A stretch of 64,000 nt of DNA from Mantamonas sphyraenae STR306 (lineage: Eukaryota > Protista > CRuMs): NCBI GenBank assembly GCA_026936335.1, contig JAPMXV010000011.1, positions 124,001-188,000 of the forward strand. The letters are read 5' to 3'. Position numbers and translations under genes: made by a program. Below, in pieces: positions 21,101 to 34,056 of the stretch (within the stretch, counting starts at the first letter, position 1; each line of letters begins with the position of its first letter). The notes under the pieces are model-generated. The model worked only from the letters and a program-made list of their open reading frames with translations, was not told where the DNA came from and ran no database searches.

Positions 21101-23299
21101 TCGGTGGTGTACATGTTGTGTAGCGGCATCATCATGGTGCTGTACACGACGTCCTACCTGTATGTGCGCTTCGTGCCGCTTGCGTGCTGGGTGGTCTTTG
21201 TCAGCGGCTTTGAGTTTACACGCTCGCGCGTGACACTGGCCATCAGCCTGGTGTGCCTTGTGCTCGGCGGAGTTTTGCCGGGCGTGGGGTTTGTGCAGTT
21301 GTACGCGGTGTGGTCTGGGTTTCTGATTGTGGCATGCGCGGGTGTACTGTCTCAGCTCGCGTTTGTACGCGTGCTGGAAGATGGATTTGTGCTGCTGACG
21401 ATGAGCCAGATCGAACACGACCAATCGTACAAGTTTGCCGTGCAAACGGAGAAGCTGCTGTCCAACATCTTTCCCAAGGAGATCGCCGTGCGGTTTGCAC
21501 GCGAGGAGGGCTTCTTCAACGAGGAGAACGACAGCGACGACGACGATGACGAAGTCCTGGACGAAGACGACGAGTTGTTGCTGGACACACCCACGCCAGC
21601 GGACAAGTTGGACAAGAAGAGGCTGGATGAAGCAATGGAGGACATGGCGGCCAGTGACACGGATGTGATTGTGGAGCTGGACGACGGGGAAGAGGGCGAC
21701 GACAGCGTGGTTGTGGCCGACCGAAGGGTGGCGTCACTGGCCAAATCCCACGACATGTTTCACAGCGAATCGCTGTTGTCCGTGGACGAAGAAGCCAAAC
21801 GGGAAATGGCCGCGGCCGAGTCGCCACGGCACAAATCGCTGCCGGCGAGCGCCAGCTTCATCGATGACGACGAGTCGGACATGCCCGAAGCCGAGGCGTC
21901 GAATGGCCTGGTGATGCTGAGCCAGATGAAGCTGTTTGACATGCTGATTGGCCCCGTTGGGGGCTCGAGCAAGGCGGACAAAAAGCGAACGAAGCAACTG
22001 GACAGATCGTACGGCATGCTGGCGCGCGAACACAAGGCAAGCGTGCTGTTTCTGAAGCTCAAGCTGCCGCGGGAGGTGGAGTGGGAGCGGCAGTTGGAGG
22101 AGGTACGTCGGGAGAAGGAGACGCGTGCGACTGCACGACGCACGTCGATGTTGTCCTTACCGGCGTCAAACGGCTCGGCAGAGGACGGTGCAAGTGTGCC
22201 CGATTCAGAGAGCACCGATTCGTACGGGCGCGCCAACCCGATGTACTTCGAGGAGGCAGTGGAGAGCGTGAAGCAGTTGCACGAAATCTACTCAAAGCTG
22301 GACATGTTGTGCGAGGAGCACAAGGTGGAGAAGATGAAGAGCAACGGCAACTATTACATGGTGGCTGCGGGTCTGCCGGGCAGAGATCGTCACCACGCGC
22401 TGCATCTTGTGCGTATGGCGCTCAAGGCAATCGAAATGCTTCTGGAAGACTGCCAAGGGATCCAAGTGTACGCAGGGATCAACAGCGGGCGAGTGGTGGC
22501 GTCGCTGGTGGGCAAGACGAAATGGCAGTACGACATCTTTGGCGACACGGTGAACGTGTCGTCGCGCATGATGTCCACTGCAGGCAGGCCTAATGTGCTC
22601 CACGTGAGCAAGAGCACATATCAGCACGTGATGCGTAGCGTGTCCGAGCTTGGTGAGGCTGCGTATGACGACGAGGACGGATTCCGGGACTTTGTGTTCC
22701 AGCGCAGGGAGAAGACGTACGTGAAGGGCAAGGGCCTTATGACAACGTACTTTGTGCACACCAAGGAATTCGTGTCTGAGGAGAGCCAGCGACACAGCTA
22801 TGTAAAGCTGGAGGATCCCAAGTCGGGCAGCCTGGGCAGGAACAAGGGCCGGCGCACGTTGTCGGCGCTGAACGAACGCGTGGCGAGCGATGCCAAGGTG
22901 AGCCTGGACAAAGGCTTGTTTAGTGGTGAAGAGGCGTCAACCATGGTGCGCCGAACGACGTTCACGCCGCCAGCAGCCCAGAAAAATAGCGGTGGTCGGC
23001 GACCCACGCTGCGCTCCTCACTCACCTCGGCTCCCAATCTGGAGGCGGTGGAGGAGAAAGATGATGGAGAAGAGGAGGATGTTGTGGTGGTGGTGGTTGC
23101 GGAAGAGGAAGCAGAGGAGAGTGCACGAGAGGAGGAGGAGGAGAAGGAGGAGGAGCCGCCCGCACCGCCTGCACAAGAGACTGTGGACGTGGAAGAGGAT
23201 GAGGAGGGAGATGAGAACGCAAAGGAGGACCCTGCGCCGCCTGCGCAAGAGGCTGCAGAGGGGAAAGCGAGGGACGGCGAGGAAAAGCAGGCATTGTGA
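18113..23299 (+). CDS. Transmembrane class III adenylyl cyclase, TM-C1-TM-C2 architecture (exons 18113-18653, 18828-23299)
   Basis: C1: LDIVGFT, KIKTIGDAY, GVIG...YDLWG; C2: KMKSNGNYYM, GKTKWQYDIFGDTVNVSSRM; two hydrophobic clusters; LSNILP/LSNIFP helices; intron 18654-18827. Confidence 0.9.
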
Positions 23300-23348
23300 A
23301 AACATTGTTGAATGGTTTGTGGATTGTTGAAAAGGCGCCCCCTTCTCC

Positions 23349-23351
<3 letters not shown>

Positions 23352-23382
<31 letters not shown>
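23352..23382. repeat. (TG)n microsatellite
   Basis: Direct observation, in the convergent intergenic gap. Confidence 0.9.
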
Positions 23383-23384
<2 letters not shown>

Positions 23385-23396
23385 CTGGCTGTCGGC

Positions 23397-24454
23397 TCAA
23401 GAGAAGCTCTTTGCAGCAATCTCCTTCTTCTTCTTCTTGCCCTTCTTCTTCTTTTTCTTCTTGGAGCCACTTGTATCGACGATGCTCATGTCTGGTTCAA
23501 AATTCTTGCCGCCCTCGCTGCTAGCCAGCTTGGCAAGCAGTTCCTCCTTGCTGGAGACAGTGGAGGTGGAGGTGGGAGCTGCAGCGACGGCGGGTTGGGC
23601 TTCCTGAGGGTCACCCGGGTCCTGTACAGTGTTGGTTGAGGTGGATGAGCTTGTACTGGCTGTGCTGGTGCTGGTGCTGGCGCTGGTGGCACTTTTTGTT
23701 GATGTGAACGTGACCTGCTTGTTGTCGTTGTCCTTTCGTGGCTAAGTGAGGGGGAGGTTGTGGATGCAGCAGACGCCTGCTCGTCCGCAGTCTCCTGTGC
23801 GGTGTTATTCTCCTGCGAAACGGTGTCTTTTCGAGATTCTGTGGTGGTGGTGGTGCTGCTGCTGTTGGTTGACGGAGTGTCGTCATCTATAGTGCCTTGT
23901 GGAGTGTCGCTGACGGAGGGTTTGCGTGGAGTTGGGTGTTTGACGCCACTTTTTGCTTCCTGGATGAGCTCACAGGTTGCAATTGCGCGATGCAGGTGCT
24001 CCTGCAACGAGTCGATGCGCTCGTTCACGCTGGACATGTCACGGACTGTGCGCAGGGAGTAATTGACGTCAAAGAGACTAGACTCCACGCGTTTGTGGGT
24101 CTTTTTCAATTCGGTCTGCCATGGTGCAACGGAGGTGAGCGGGCACGCAGACACACACACAAGGGGACGAACACACAGCGTGCAATGCCGCACGGTGGTA
24201 GCAAGGGTATGAAAGGCACACAACCGTGGCTGAGGCGGCTGCAAACGCACCCTCTTTTCGACGAGTTCGGGCACACTTCGTTGAACGTGCTCCTGGACAC
24301 GATACAGACCCACGGATGGCTCGTTGGCCAGGTGGTGCAAATATTCGCTGCCACGGCGCATGGTGTTGTCCCAACGCGTGATGGATTGCGACGAGAGAAC
24401 AGTGGCGGTGAGCGAGGCCTTGTTGGCCGCAGAAAACGGGTCTCCACTCTGCAT
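23397..24454 (-). CDS. BORCS8: BORC subunit 8 (MEF2BNB)-like protein with Ser/Thr-rich, Lys-rich tail (intron 24250-24116; probable frameshift at ~23735)
   Basis: EYLHHLANEPSVGLYRVQEHVQRSVPELV and FDVNYSLRTVRDM match BORCS8; the tail continues in another frame to KKKKKKKGKKKKKEIAAKSFS*. Confidence 0.75.
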
Positions 24455-24600
24455 GGTGGTTGTGTTGGATGCACACGCGTCGCGAAGAGTGACGGGCACA
24501 GGAGAATGGATTCCGCGTGGGTGGGTGCTTTGTGGCACTGCACTGAATGCGCTCAGGTGGCCAAGAAGAAAGCGAGGTCAGGCTTCGAAACGAGAGGCCA

Positions 24601-25089
24601 ATGAGCAGCAAATTCGACGCACAGGGGATGTTGGATGCCATCGAAGACGGGGACGTGGACAGCAGTGAGGCACTGCTGGCGGCAGAGAAGCAGCATGCGG
24701 TGGAGGAGGTTGAAAATGGCGTGGCCAGTGAGGAAGCAAGCATGGCGCTAGCCATGCAGTTGGTGCGATGCCAAAGCCCAGATCTGATCCGAAGGGGCGT
24801 TCTGCTCCTCAAGGACCTTGCGCTGAGGAAGAAAGATGAGCCGTTCGACGCCGAGTTGGTGTTCCTGCTTGCCGTGGGACAATTCCGCCTGGACGAGGTG
24901 AACGACGCTCGCAAGTTCTGCAACACCATCCTGAACGTGAAACCCAACGACGCACGTGCATTGGGGCTGAAGGAGCTTTGTGAGGAGAAACTTGTGTCGG
25001 AGGGGACCACAGGAGCGTTGGTGGTGGCTGGGGTTGCTGCAGCGGCCATCGGAATCGCAGCAGCGCTGGCCAGCAGCAGCAAGAAGTGA
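24601..25089 (+). CDS. FIS1: Mitochondrial fission protein FIS1
   Basis: LVRC...IRRGVLLL, VFLLAVGQFRL...AR...IL...PN..A..L, EG..GA tail-anchor followed by KK. Confidence 0.88.
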   Translation: MSSKFDAQGMLDAIEDGDVDSSEALLAAEKQHAVEEVENGVASEEASMALAMQLVRCQSPDLIRRGVLLLKDLALRKKDEPFDAELVFLLAVGQFRLDEVNDARKFCNTILNVKPNDARALGLKELCEEKLVSEGTTGALVVAGVAAAAIGIAAALASSSKK

Positions 25090-25206
25090 AGAATAGGAGG
25101 GGAAGGCGACGAGAGGAAGGAGGAATGTGAATAGCCATGAATAAGAGCGGGCGCAGCCAAACAAAAACCCACACCGCTCCCCACACGCACTCACTCGTCA
25201 CTGCCC

Positions 25207-28200
25207 ATGTCCAGGCTGCTGGCAAACACCCGTGTGACGCCGGCTCGGCCGAGTGAACAGACGTGGGACGAGGGGGTCACGGCCATGGAAGAGGGAGGCT
25301 CTGGAATCAACGTACGAAAACGGCGAGAGATTGCGCAGCAGCAGCAGCAGGTGATGCAACCTCGTATCAACGAGGAAGAGTATGTGCCTGCAGAGTTGGC
25401 ACGCAGCAAGGTGTTGGCCATCGAAGCAGACATGCGCAAGATGAAAGAGGAGCACGAGAGCATCATCGAGCAGATTGAAACGCACTACGAAGCCATGCTG
25501 GAAGAAACCGAGGTAAGGGCCCAGGAACGGCATGGACACAAAAGAGAGGATGGGGTGGAGTGCCAGAACCGAAAACACATGAGGTGGCTACCTTGTGGGA
25601 AGAAGGAAGGGTCGTATGCTGACCAACACGCACACGCACACAGGCACACTACGTGAAGTACATCCGCGAAGTGACCAAGCAGCACACAGACAAGATTGCC
25701 AAGCAGAAGAGCATCCTGCTGAGTGTCAACCAAGAAGTGAAGTCGTACAAAACGCAGGCGCAGCAAACCATCAAGGTAAGCAGGCAGTGGCACGGAGCAA
25801 GTGTGGAAAACGCAGAGGGCGCGAGCGGGCAGATAACGGTTTTCACGATTTCGCGCTATCTGCCCGCCCCTGCGCAAATCAGGGAGCGGCAAGCATGGCT
25901 AGCCACGCCCAAGGGTCGCATACGATGCATATGAACGACGTGTGCACGCATGACCATGTATCGATTCGTGTGTGCAGCACACAGCCGTTGGACGGCGCGC
26001 TGACACAGAGACCACGTCCTCCCTTCCCTCGTGGCCGCACAGCAATTGCAAGAGAAGAACACACAGCTGTTTGTGGAAAACGGCGAACTGATGCGCAAGC
26101 TGACATTTGATATGAACGAGCTTCAATCGGAAAAGGTAGGGGTTGAGACGCTCGCACGCACTCGCTCGGGCACGCGACGCAACACAGCAACGACACTCAC
26201 ACCACATACACACACGCCTCAGGAACGAGAACTGCGTGAGCTGGCAGCCAAGTTTGAAAAGGAAAAGGGAGAGGCCAGCGCAAAGAACAAACAGGCGTTG
26301 CAAGAGGCGCAGGAGCGAGCTGAGAAGGCAGCTGCAGACGCGGCAGCGTCGAGGAGCACTGCGGCGCCGGTGGCAGCAGCAGCGGCCACAAACACAGCGC
26401 AGGTAGACGAAAGCGCACTGCGCAAGGTGGAGGACGAGCTGAAGGCGGCACAGAAGGAGCTGGAGGAGCAGGAGGCAATGATCAAGAAGCTGGAGCGCGA
26501 AAAGGCTGACCAAGCACAGAAGCTGGCACTGCTGGAGGGAGGGGCTGACGACGAGGAAGAGGGAGAAAGCAGCAACCTGTCGCTGGCGGCACAGAAGCAG
26601 TTGATGAGCACGCTGGACACGCTGCAGAAGGAAAACAGGCACAATCTGGAGCGGATCGACGAGCTGGAACGGCAGCTGCATCACGACGAGGCAACAGATG
26701 GGGAAACCATCAAGGAATTGCGGGCACAAGTGGCGACGCTGGAAACCGAGCGTGACGAGGCACGTGCGGCAGCAACCAAGGCAGCAGCCAGTGCGCCGAG
26801 CAACATGCCGCCGCTGCCCGGAGCCGGAGGCGTACCGAGTGGAGGCGCCGCAGCCACAAGTGCACAGGACAAGGCCAAAATGGAGGGTTTGGAGAAGCGC
26901 ATCCGGGAGCTGGAGGCGTCGCAGGCGGCAGCGACGCGGGAGGCGGAAATTGCGGCGCAGGCAGCGTCGCGTGAGATCGAGACGTTGAAAACAGAGGTGC
27001 AAATGGAGCGAGAGAACGCAGAGCAGCAACGCAAACAACTGCAAGACACTCTGGCAGCCCTGTCGGCCACAGGTGAGGACGCGGAAGAGGAGGCAAGCAA
27101 CAACGCCGGCAGCAGCAGTTCAGCAGACAGCGAAGCTGTGGGCGATCCGGAAACACAGCAGCGCATCGATGAAATCCAGGGTGAGTTGAACGAAATCATG
27201 GACCTTGGAGACAAGCTGGCACAGTGGAAGGCCGACTTTGTGGAGGAGAACGGGCGGGATCCGGGCAAGGATGATCTGGATCCGATTCGAGCCGACATGA
27301 AGCGTCTGAAAAAGCTGAAGAAGAAGCGAGATGCCATGGAAGAGGAACTGGGCGAGCTGCAAGCCAAGCAGGAAGAAGCCAAGGCCAAAGCTCCGGCACA
27401 GGCTGCACCCGAGCCCAAACGCGGCAAGGGCGACCAATCGTCCGGGGCAGCTTCGGCCGCACTGGCCTCCCAGCTGGCAGCCGAGATTGCCTCAAAGCAG
27501 AAGCTGCAGGAGGAGGTGCAGCGGTCGAAGTTGGAGCACGAACGTGCAATCGCAGCGTTGCAGGAGCAGCTGGAACGCGAAAAGGCGGCGCTGGAGTCGC
27601 AGATGCGCACCGAAGTGGACGCTCTGAACGACGAGCTTGCTCGTGCCAAGCAAGACGCAGCCAGTGCAGGCGAGGCCGGTTCGGTTCCGCCTGAAGAGTA
27701 CACGCGGCTGCAACAACAGCTGGCCGACGCCGAAGCACGCGCTGCTGCCGCATCCACATCCAGCGGCAGCAGCAGCGGCGGTAGTGACAGCGGCAGCAGC
27801 AGCAAGGAGACGGAGGAGCTGCAACGCAAGGTGGCGGAACTGCAACAGGAATTGGAGGAAGTCAAGAAACGGCCAGCGCTGCCGGCAGTGCCTGCAGCAG
27901 GCGGATCAGCGAGTGGCACGGGCACCAGCGATGAAGCTGAGCAGAAGCTGAAGGAGCTGCAGGGACGCATCGATGAGTTGAACAAAGAAAACGACAAGCT
28001 GAAGCAAGAGGTCGCAGAGGGCCAGAGCAACAGCGCAGCAAACGCAGGCGCAGCAGCGGCGGCGGCGGCGGACAACAGCTCTGCGTTGGCGGCGGCACAA
28101 AGCGAACTGGAGAAGCTAAAGGAGGAACACGAAGCACAGGTGAACGAAGTGCAGAAAAAGTGGGCGGAGGAGCTGGAGAACACGAAACAGGGGCTGGAGA

Positions 28201-29978
28201 AGCAAAAGGCAGAGCTGCAGGCGTCGCTGGAGTCGCAGCAGAGCGAAAACGCAGCGCTGAAGAGCACATTGGAGGAGAAGGAGGCCAAGGTGAACGAGCT
28301 GGCGGGACGGCTGAACGAGATGGAAAGCAGTGGCAGCAACGAGCTGGAGGCTGTGCGTGCGGAGCTGGCCAAGGCACACGAGGAGCACGCAAGTGCACTG
28401 GCAGCACGGGAAAAGGAGCTGCAGGATGCCATGGAAGAGAGCCAGCAAAAGGCGCAGGCGGAACAGGAGCGGCTGCAGCAGGAGTTGGAAGAGAGCAGCT
28501 CGCAAGCAAGCAGCATGCAGGCCGACCTCAAGAGCAAGAGCGAGGAGGTGGAGAACCTGAAACAGGAAGTGGAAGAGCTGAAGGCAGCGGCCAGCGAGGC
28601 GGCAACGAAGCATGCGGAGATGCAGGAGCAACTCAAGGTGCTGGACGAGTGGATGCAAAAGGCAGAACAGCTGGAGGGCGAGGTGGCAGCGTTGACGGCT
28701 GCCAAAGACGACCTGGAGAAGAAGCTGAAGAAGGAGCAGAAGGAAAGGCGAGCGTTGCACAATGAGCTGCAGGATCGCGACGGTGCCATTCGTGTGTTTG
28801 CACGCTGCCGTCCGCCGAGCTCGAAGGAGCTGGCCAACTCGGAGTTCCGGGACGTGGTGGTCGTGCCCGACCCCATGGTGGTGGAGCTGGACAATGGCGA
28901 CGAGGACACGGACAACAAGACGTTCAACTTTGACATGGTGTTTCCGCAGGACTCGACGCAGGATCAGATGGGCGAGGCCACACAGTCGCTGATGCGCAGT
29001 GCCTGCGACGGTTACAACGTGTGCATCTTTGCGTACGGCCAGACGGGATCGGGCAAGACTTTCTCCATGTACGGACCCGAGGGCGACGTGAACCTGCACA
29101 GCGACATGCGCGGGATTGTGCCGCGTGCCCTGGTGGAGGTGTTTGACATCTGCGAGGAAGAAAAGACCACGCGGCCGTACCGCATCAGCATGTACATGAC
29201 GGAGCTGTACATCAACGACCTGCGCGATCTGCTGAACGAGGATCCTCCGAACAAGCGGCCGCCCCTGAAGATCCACATGAACGACAGCACGGGCATTGTG
29301 GAAATTGCCAACATTGTCACCGTGCCGGTGACCAGCCCCGAGGAGTGCTACGAAATGATGTTCAAGGGCCTGGCGCAGCGCAAGACGGCGTCGACAGAGA
29401 TGAACGAAGGGTCGTCGCGCTCGCACCTCATCTTTGCCCTGATGATTGAGAGGGACGAAAAGACAAAGAAGGGCAAGTGGAAGACCAAGGTGGGCAAGCT
29501 GTCACTGGTGGATCTGGCAGGGTCGGAGCGTGCGGACAAGACGGGCGCGGTGGGCCAGCAGCTGAAGGAAGGCATTGCCATCAACAAGAGCCTGTCGTAC
29601 CTGAGTGAACTCATTGGAAAGCTGTCCAAGAAGAAGAAGGGCGACCACATCAACTACCGCAACAGCAAACTGACGGAAGTCATGCAGGACTCGATTGGAG
29701 GCAACGCCAAGACGCTGATGATCATCTGTATTTCGCCGTCCAACTACAACGAGTCGGAAACGGCCAACTCGCTGACGTACGGTACGGCCGTGAAGCAAAT
29801 CAAGAATTCGGTGGTGCAGAATGTGGAGACGGACAAGACCAAGGCGCTGACAAAGAAGGTGAAGGATCTGCGCAAGGAAGTGAAGCGGCTCAAGGAAAAG
29901 GTGGGCGAGACAGACGAGGAGGACGAGGAGATGGGTGGAGACGACGATGACGGGGGGGTGGGGTCGTCCAGTGGATGA
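25207..29978 (+). CDS. Kinesin-14 family (C-terminal motor) with long coiled coil (introns 25513-25643, 25776-26042, 26136-26222)
   Basis: Neck ERRALHNELQD..GAIRVFARCRP, P-loop AYGQTGSGKT, SSRSH, LVDLAGSE, INKSL, YRNSKLT. Confidence 0.93.
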
Positions 29979-30050
29979 TTGGGAACATGTGTGGGGTGAG
30001 GGGGGGGCGGAAGAGAGGTTGGGACAGGCGCCCGAAGTTCGACAACAAAA

Positions 30051-33000
30051 ATGTCTTCCTCTTCGTCGTCATCATCGTCGTCGGGGGCTGCAGGCGGGTC
30101 GAGCTCGTCGTCGAATGCTCTGTTGAACATCCGGTAGGTGGAAAGGAGGGGGACGGGAGCACGTGGGCGAGAGAGGGGGCCGGGAGAGGAAAGTGGCTAA
30201 CGATCACCTTGGCGCAGACACGTGTTTGGCCTCAAGGCGGACGTGAAGGACAACATTGCGTTTGTGGACGAGAGCAGCGTGGTGTACCCGGCTGGTAACA
30301 CGCTGTTGATCAGCAACCACGACCAGAAGATCCAAAAGTTCTTTCAGGCGGGCAAGGAGAAGCCGCACAACATCACGGCCATGACCACGTCGCCGAACCG
30401 CCGCTACTGCGCAATTGCAGACGAGGGCACACGGGGAGCGAACATCCACGTGTACGACACGCACTCGATGAAACCAAAGCGAGTGTTGACGACGCAGGAA
30501 GTGGGCTCGACGGTAAGCAAAGGGCGGGTAAAGGCGAGGCGGCGAGGGCGGCGGCGAGAGGCCGTTTTCGCCACGCGAGCTGCGAGCGGAGCATGCGGGA
30601 AAACGCTGACACCGAGGCCCGTGGGCACACACATGGACAGCACTACACGTCACTGTGCTTCTCATCAGACAACAAGCTGCTTCTTGCGCAAGGTGGAGCG
30701 CCTGACTACACACTGGTGGTGTGGGCGTGGGACAAAAGCAAGGTGGTGACAACGGTCAAAACGACCAACCAGAACAACGCGCCGATCTACCAGGCCAGCT
30801 TCAATCCGTACAACAGCGCGCTCATCTGCGTGTCTGGACTGTCGGGCATCTTCAAGATCTTCAAGTTTGTGGATGGCATCCTGAAGCTTGTGCAGACGCA
30901 GCTGGCAAAGCGGACGGGCAAGCCGCCAAACTACCTGGCGCACGCATGGGTGTCTGACGACCGGGTGATGGTCGGCACAGACACAGGCGAGCTGATGCTG
31001 GTGGAGGCGGCTGACAACAAGAGTGTGGTGACGCAGGAAACGCGTGAGTCGCACAGTATCGAGGCGATTGTGGCCACGCAAAAGGGGTTCATCTGCGCGG
31101 GCGACGGATGCATGATTTCGCTGTTTGATCGTACCGAGGATCAGTTCAAGCCGAACAAGAGCTTTGCCGTGGCCATGGACAACATCAAAATCAAGAACCT
31201 TGCGCTGTCGCCGTCGGAGGAGACGCTTGCGTGCACGCTGGAAAACTCGCAGCTGATTGTGCTGTCGCTGAGCAACGCGGAGCTGCTCAAGAGCGACCAG
31301 CGGCTGGACCTCATGTCCCTGAGTTACCACAGTGACGCCATCACGGGCATCGACACGTGCGTGCGCAAGCCGCTTGTGGCGACATGCGGCATGGACCGCA
31401 GCGTGCGCGTGTGGAACTATGTGGAGCGCACGCTGGAGCTGGAGCACACGTTTGCCGAGGAGGCGTACTCGATTGCCTTCCACCCGTCGGGTCTGTTTGT
31501 GGTGGTGGGCTTCTCGGACAAGCTGCGGCTGTTGAATCTGCTGATGGAGGACATTTCCGTGTTCAAGGAGATCACAATCCGCGGGTGCAAAGAGGTGCGC
31601 TTCAGCAACGGAGGTCAGTACTTTGCGGCTGTGAACAGCAATACGATCCAGATCTTCAACACATGGACGTTTGAGAACGTGGGCAACATGCGCGGCCACA
31701 CGGGCAAGGTGCACTCGCTGGCGTGGACCAAGGACGACTCGGCCATCATCAGCGCAGGCGCAGACGGGTTCATTTACGAGTGGGACGTGGCGGACTTTAA
31801 GCGTGGCGACGAGAACACGGAGCGCAAGTGCAACTACAACGCCCTCGTGACGACGGGCGAAGGCTCGACACGCACCATCTATGCCGTTGGTTCGGACAAG
31901 CAGCTGCGCGAATTGCGCGACAACATGCAGTCGGACGAGTACGACAGCGTGGGTGGAGTCATGTTGACGGCATTGGCGGTGCCGAGCGGCTCGAAGCACC
32001 TGCTGCTGGCAGGCACGGAAGACGGCAGCGTGCGTGCGTACAAGACAAACCTGAGTGCATCGAACGCAGCGGATCCGATCGAGGTGGCATGCCATCTGGG
32101 CAGCGTGACGCGCATGTGTGTGTCGTACGACGACAACTACGTGTTCAGTGTGGGCGCGGACGGGGCGCTGTTTATGCTGGACATCAAGGAGAAGGACGTG
32201 CGCAAACTCACCACACGCAAGGACAAGGAGGTGGCGTGGGCGGAGGAGGTGCTGGTGACCAAGTCGGACCTGGAGGACAAGGAAACGAAGCTGGCGGAAT
32301 ACTCGTCGCGCGTGCAGGAACTGAACACACAGCTGGACTATCAACTGCGCATGAAGGAGTTGAACCACACGGAGAAGTTGAAGGAGCTGCGTGAGAAGCA
32401 CCAGCACGAGATGGAGCAGGAGAAACGCAAGTTTGAAATGCTGAGTGCCGAGAAGAACGAAGCCGACCAAGAGTACGAAGCAAAGCTGAAGCAACAAGCA
32501 GAGAAGTACCAGGCGCAGCTGCGCGAGCTGGATTCGAGCTACCACGAAAAGTTCCTTGTGCATGCGCAGCGGTACGAGGCGCTGGAGAAGGAAAAGAGCG
32601 CGATGAACGCCGAGTGGGACCAGCGGCAGCAGATGCTGATTGAGAACAACGAACAGGTGATCCAGGAGCTGACGGAAGACTACGACCAGAAGCAGCAGGA
32701 GGACCAGGCGATGATGAAGGAGCTGAAGCTGGAGATGGCGGACCTGATCCGCGAGTTTGAGGAGACGAAGCGACAGCTGGAAGAGGATGTCGACAGAGAG
32801 ATCGAAGACCTGAAGGAAAAGTACGAGAAGCAGCTGAGCGAGCAGGAAACGGAGGCGCTGCGTCTGAAGGGCGAAAATGCGATCCTGAAGAAGAAGTTCT
32901 TGATGTTGAAGAAGGACATCGAGGACCAGCAGGAGCAGATCAAGTTCTTCTTCAACCAGAACAAGGAGTTCTACAACACAATCCGCAACAAGGACGCGGA

Positions 33001-33955
33001 CATCAAGGGTTTGAAGAGCGAAATCTTTGTGCGCGACGGAACGATCAGCGACAAGGAGAAGCGCATCTATGAGCTGAAGAAGAAGAACCAGGAGCTGGAG
33101 AAGTTCAAGTTTGTGCTGGACTTTAAGATCAAGGAGCTGAAGAACCAGATCGAGCCGCGTGAAAAGGACATCAAGACGATGAAGGATCAGATCCGAAAGA
33201 TGGACAAGGAGTTGGAGGAGTACAGCAAGAAGAACCTGAACCTGGAGCTGACGATCAGCGAGCTGCGATTGAAGCTGGAGGGTCTGAACAGGGAGATCTC
33301 GAAGCAGCGGGTGGAGCTGAAGAAGCAGGACAGCCACAAGAAACAGTTCCAGAGGCAGCTGTACGGAACGGTGCAGCTCATCCAGGAGCCAAAGAAGCTG
33401 AAGAATGCGGTGGTGGACCTGTACAACAACTTCAAGGGGGACACGGTGGACGCAGGAGGCCTGGAGGCAGACATCCAGAAGGAGTACAACAGGCAGCGAG
33501 AGTACCTTGAGAAGAGCGTGGCGAGCCTGAAGAAGAAGTTGGTGAAGGACAGCGAGCTGCACAAGGCGGACAACATGCGGATCATGCAGGAGAACGTGGC
33601 ACTGATCAAGGAGATCAACGAGCTGCGACGGGAACTCAAGTCGATGAAACAGGCACAGGTGCAGAAGAGCAAGCTGGAGGTGGGAAACAAGATGAAGCGG
33701 CTGGGAAGCATGGAGACGCTGACAAACGTGATGATGTCGTCGTCGTCGTCGACCACACCGCTGGAGATTACGCGTATGATCAACTCGCAGCGCGAAGAGA
33801 TTGCACGTCTGCGCGAGCGCAACGAGGAGCTGGAGACAATGCAGGGAGGACGACAGAGCAGCAGCGGACGCTCGTCGAGCAACAGCAACAACGGCGGCAG
33901 CGTGAGCCAGCGGCCAGTGTCGCGCGAAAAGTTGCCTCCCATGGAGCGTGCTTGA
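30051..33955 (+). CDS. CFAP57: Cilia- and flagella-associated protein 57 (WDR65) (introns 30134-30217, 30513-30640)
   Basis: RHVFGLK, VYPAGN, CVRKPLVATCGMDRSVRVWNY, EEVLVTKSDLE, KKNQELEKFKFVLDFKIKELK, MQENVALIKEINELR. Confidence 0.95.
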
Positions 33956-34056
33956 GAGAGACAGCAAAGAGAGACATGGAGAAAATGGAATGGATTGAGA
34001 ATGCAACACTCGTGGTGTATGTGTGAACACCTGCGCTCGCAGGGCCAAGATTGTCG

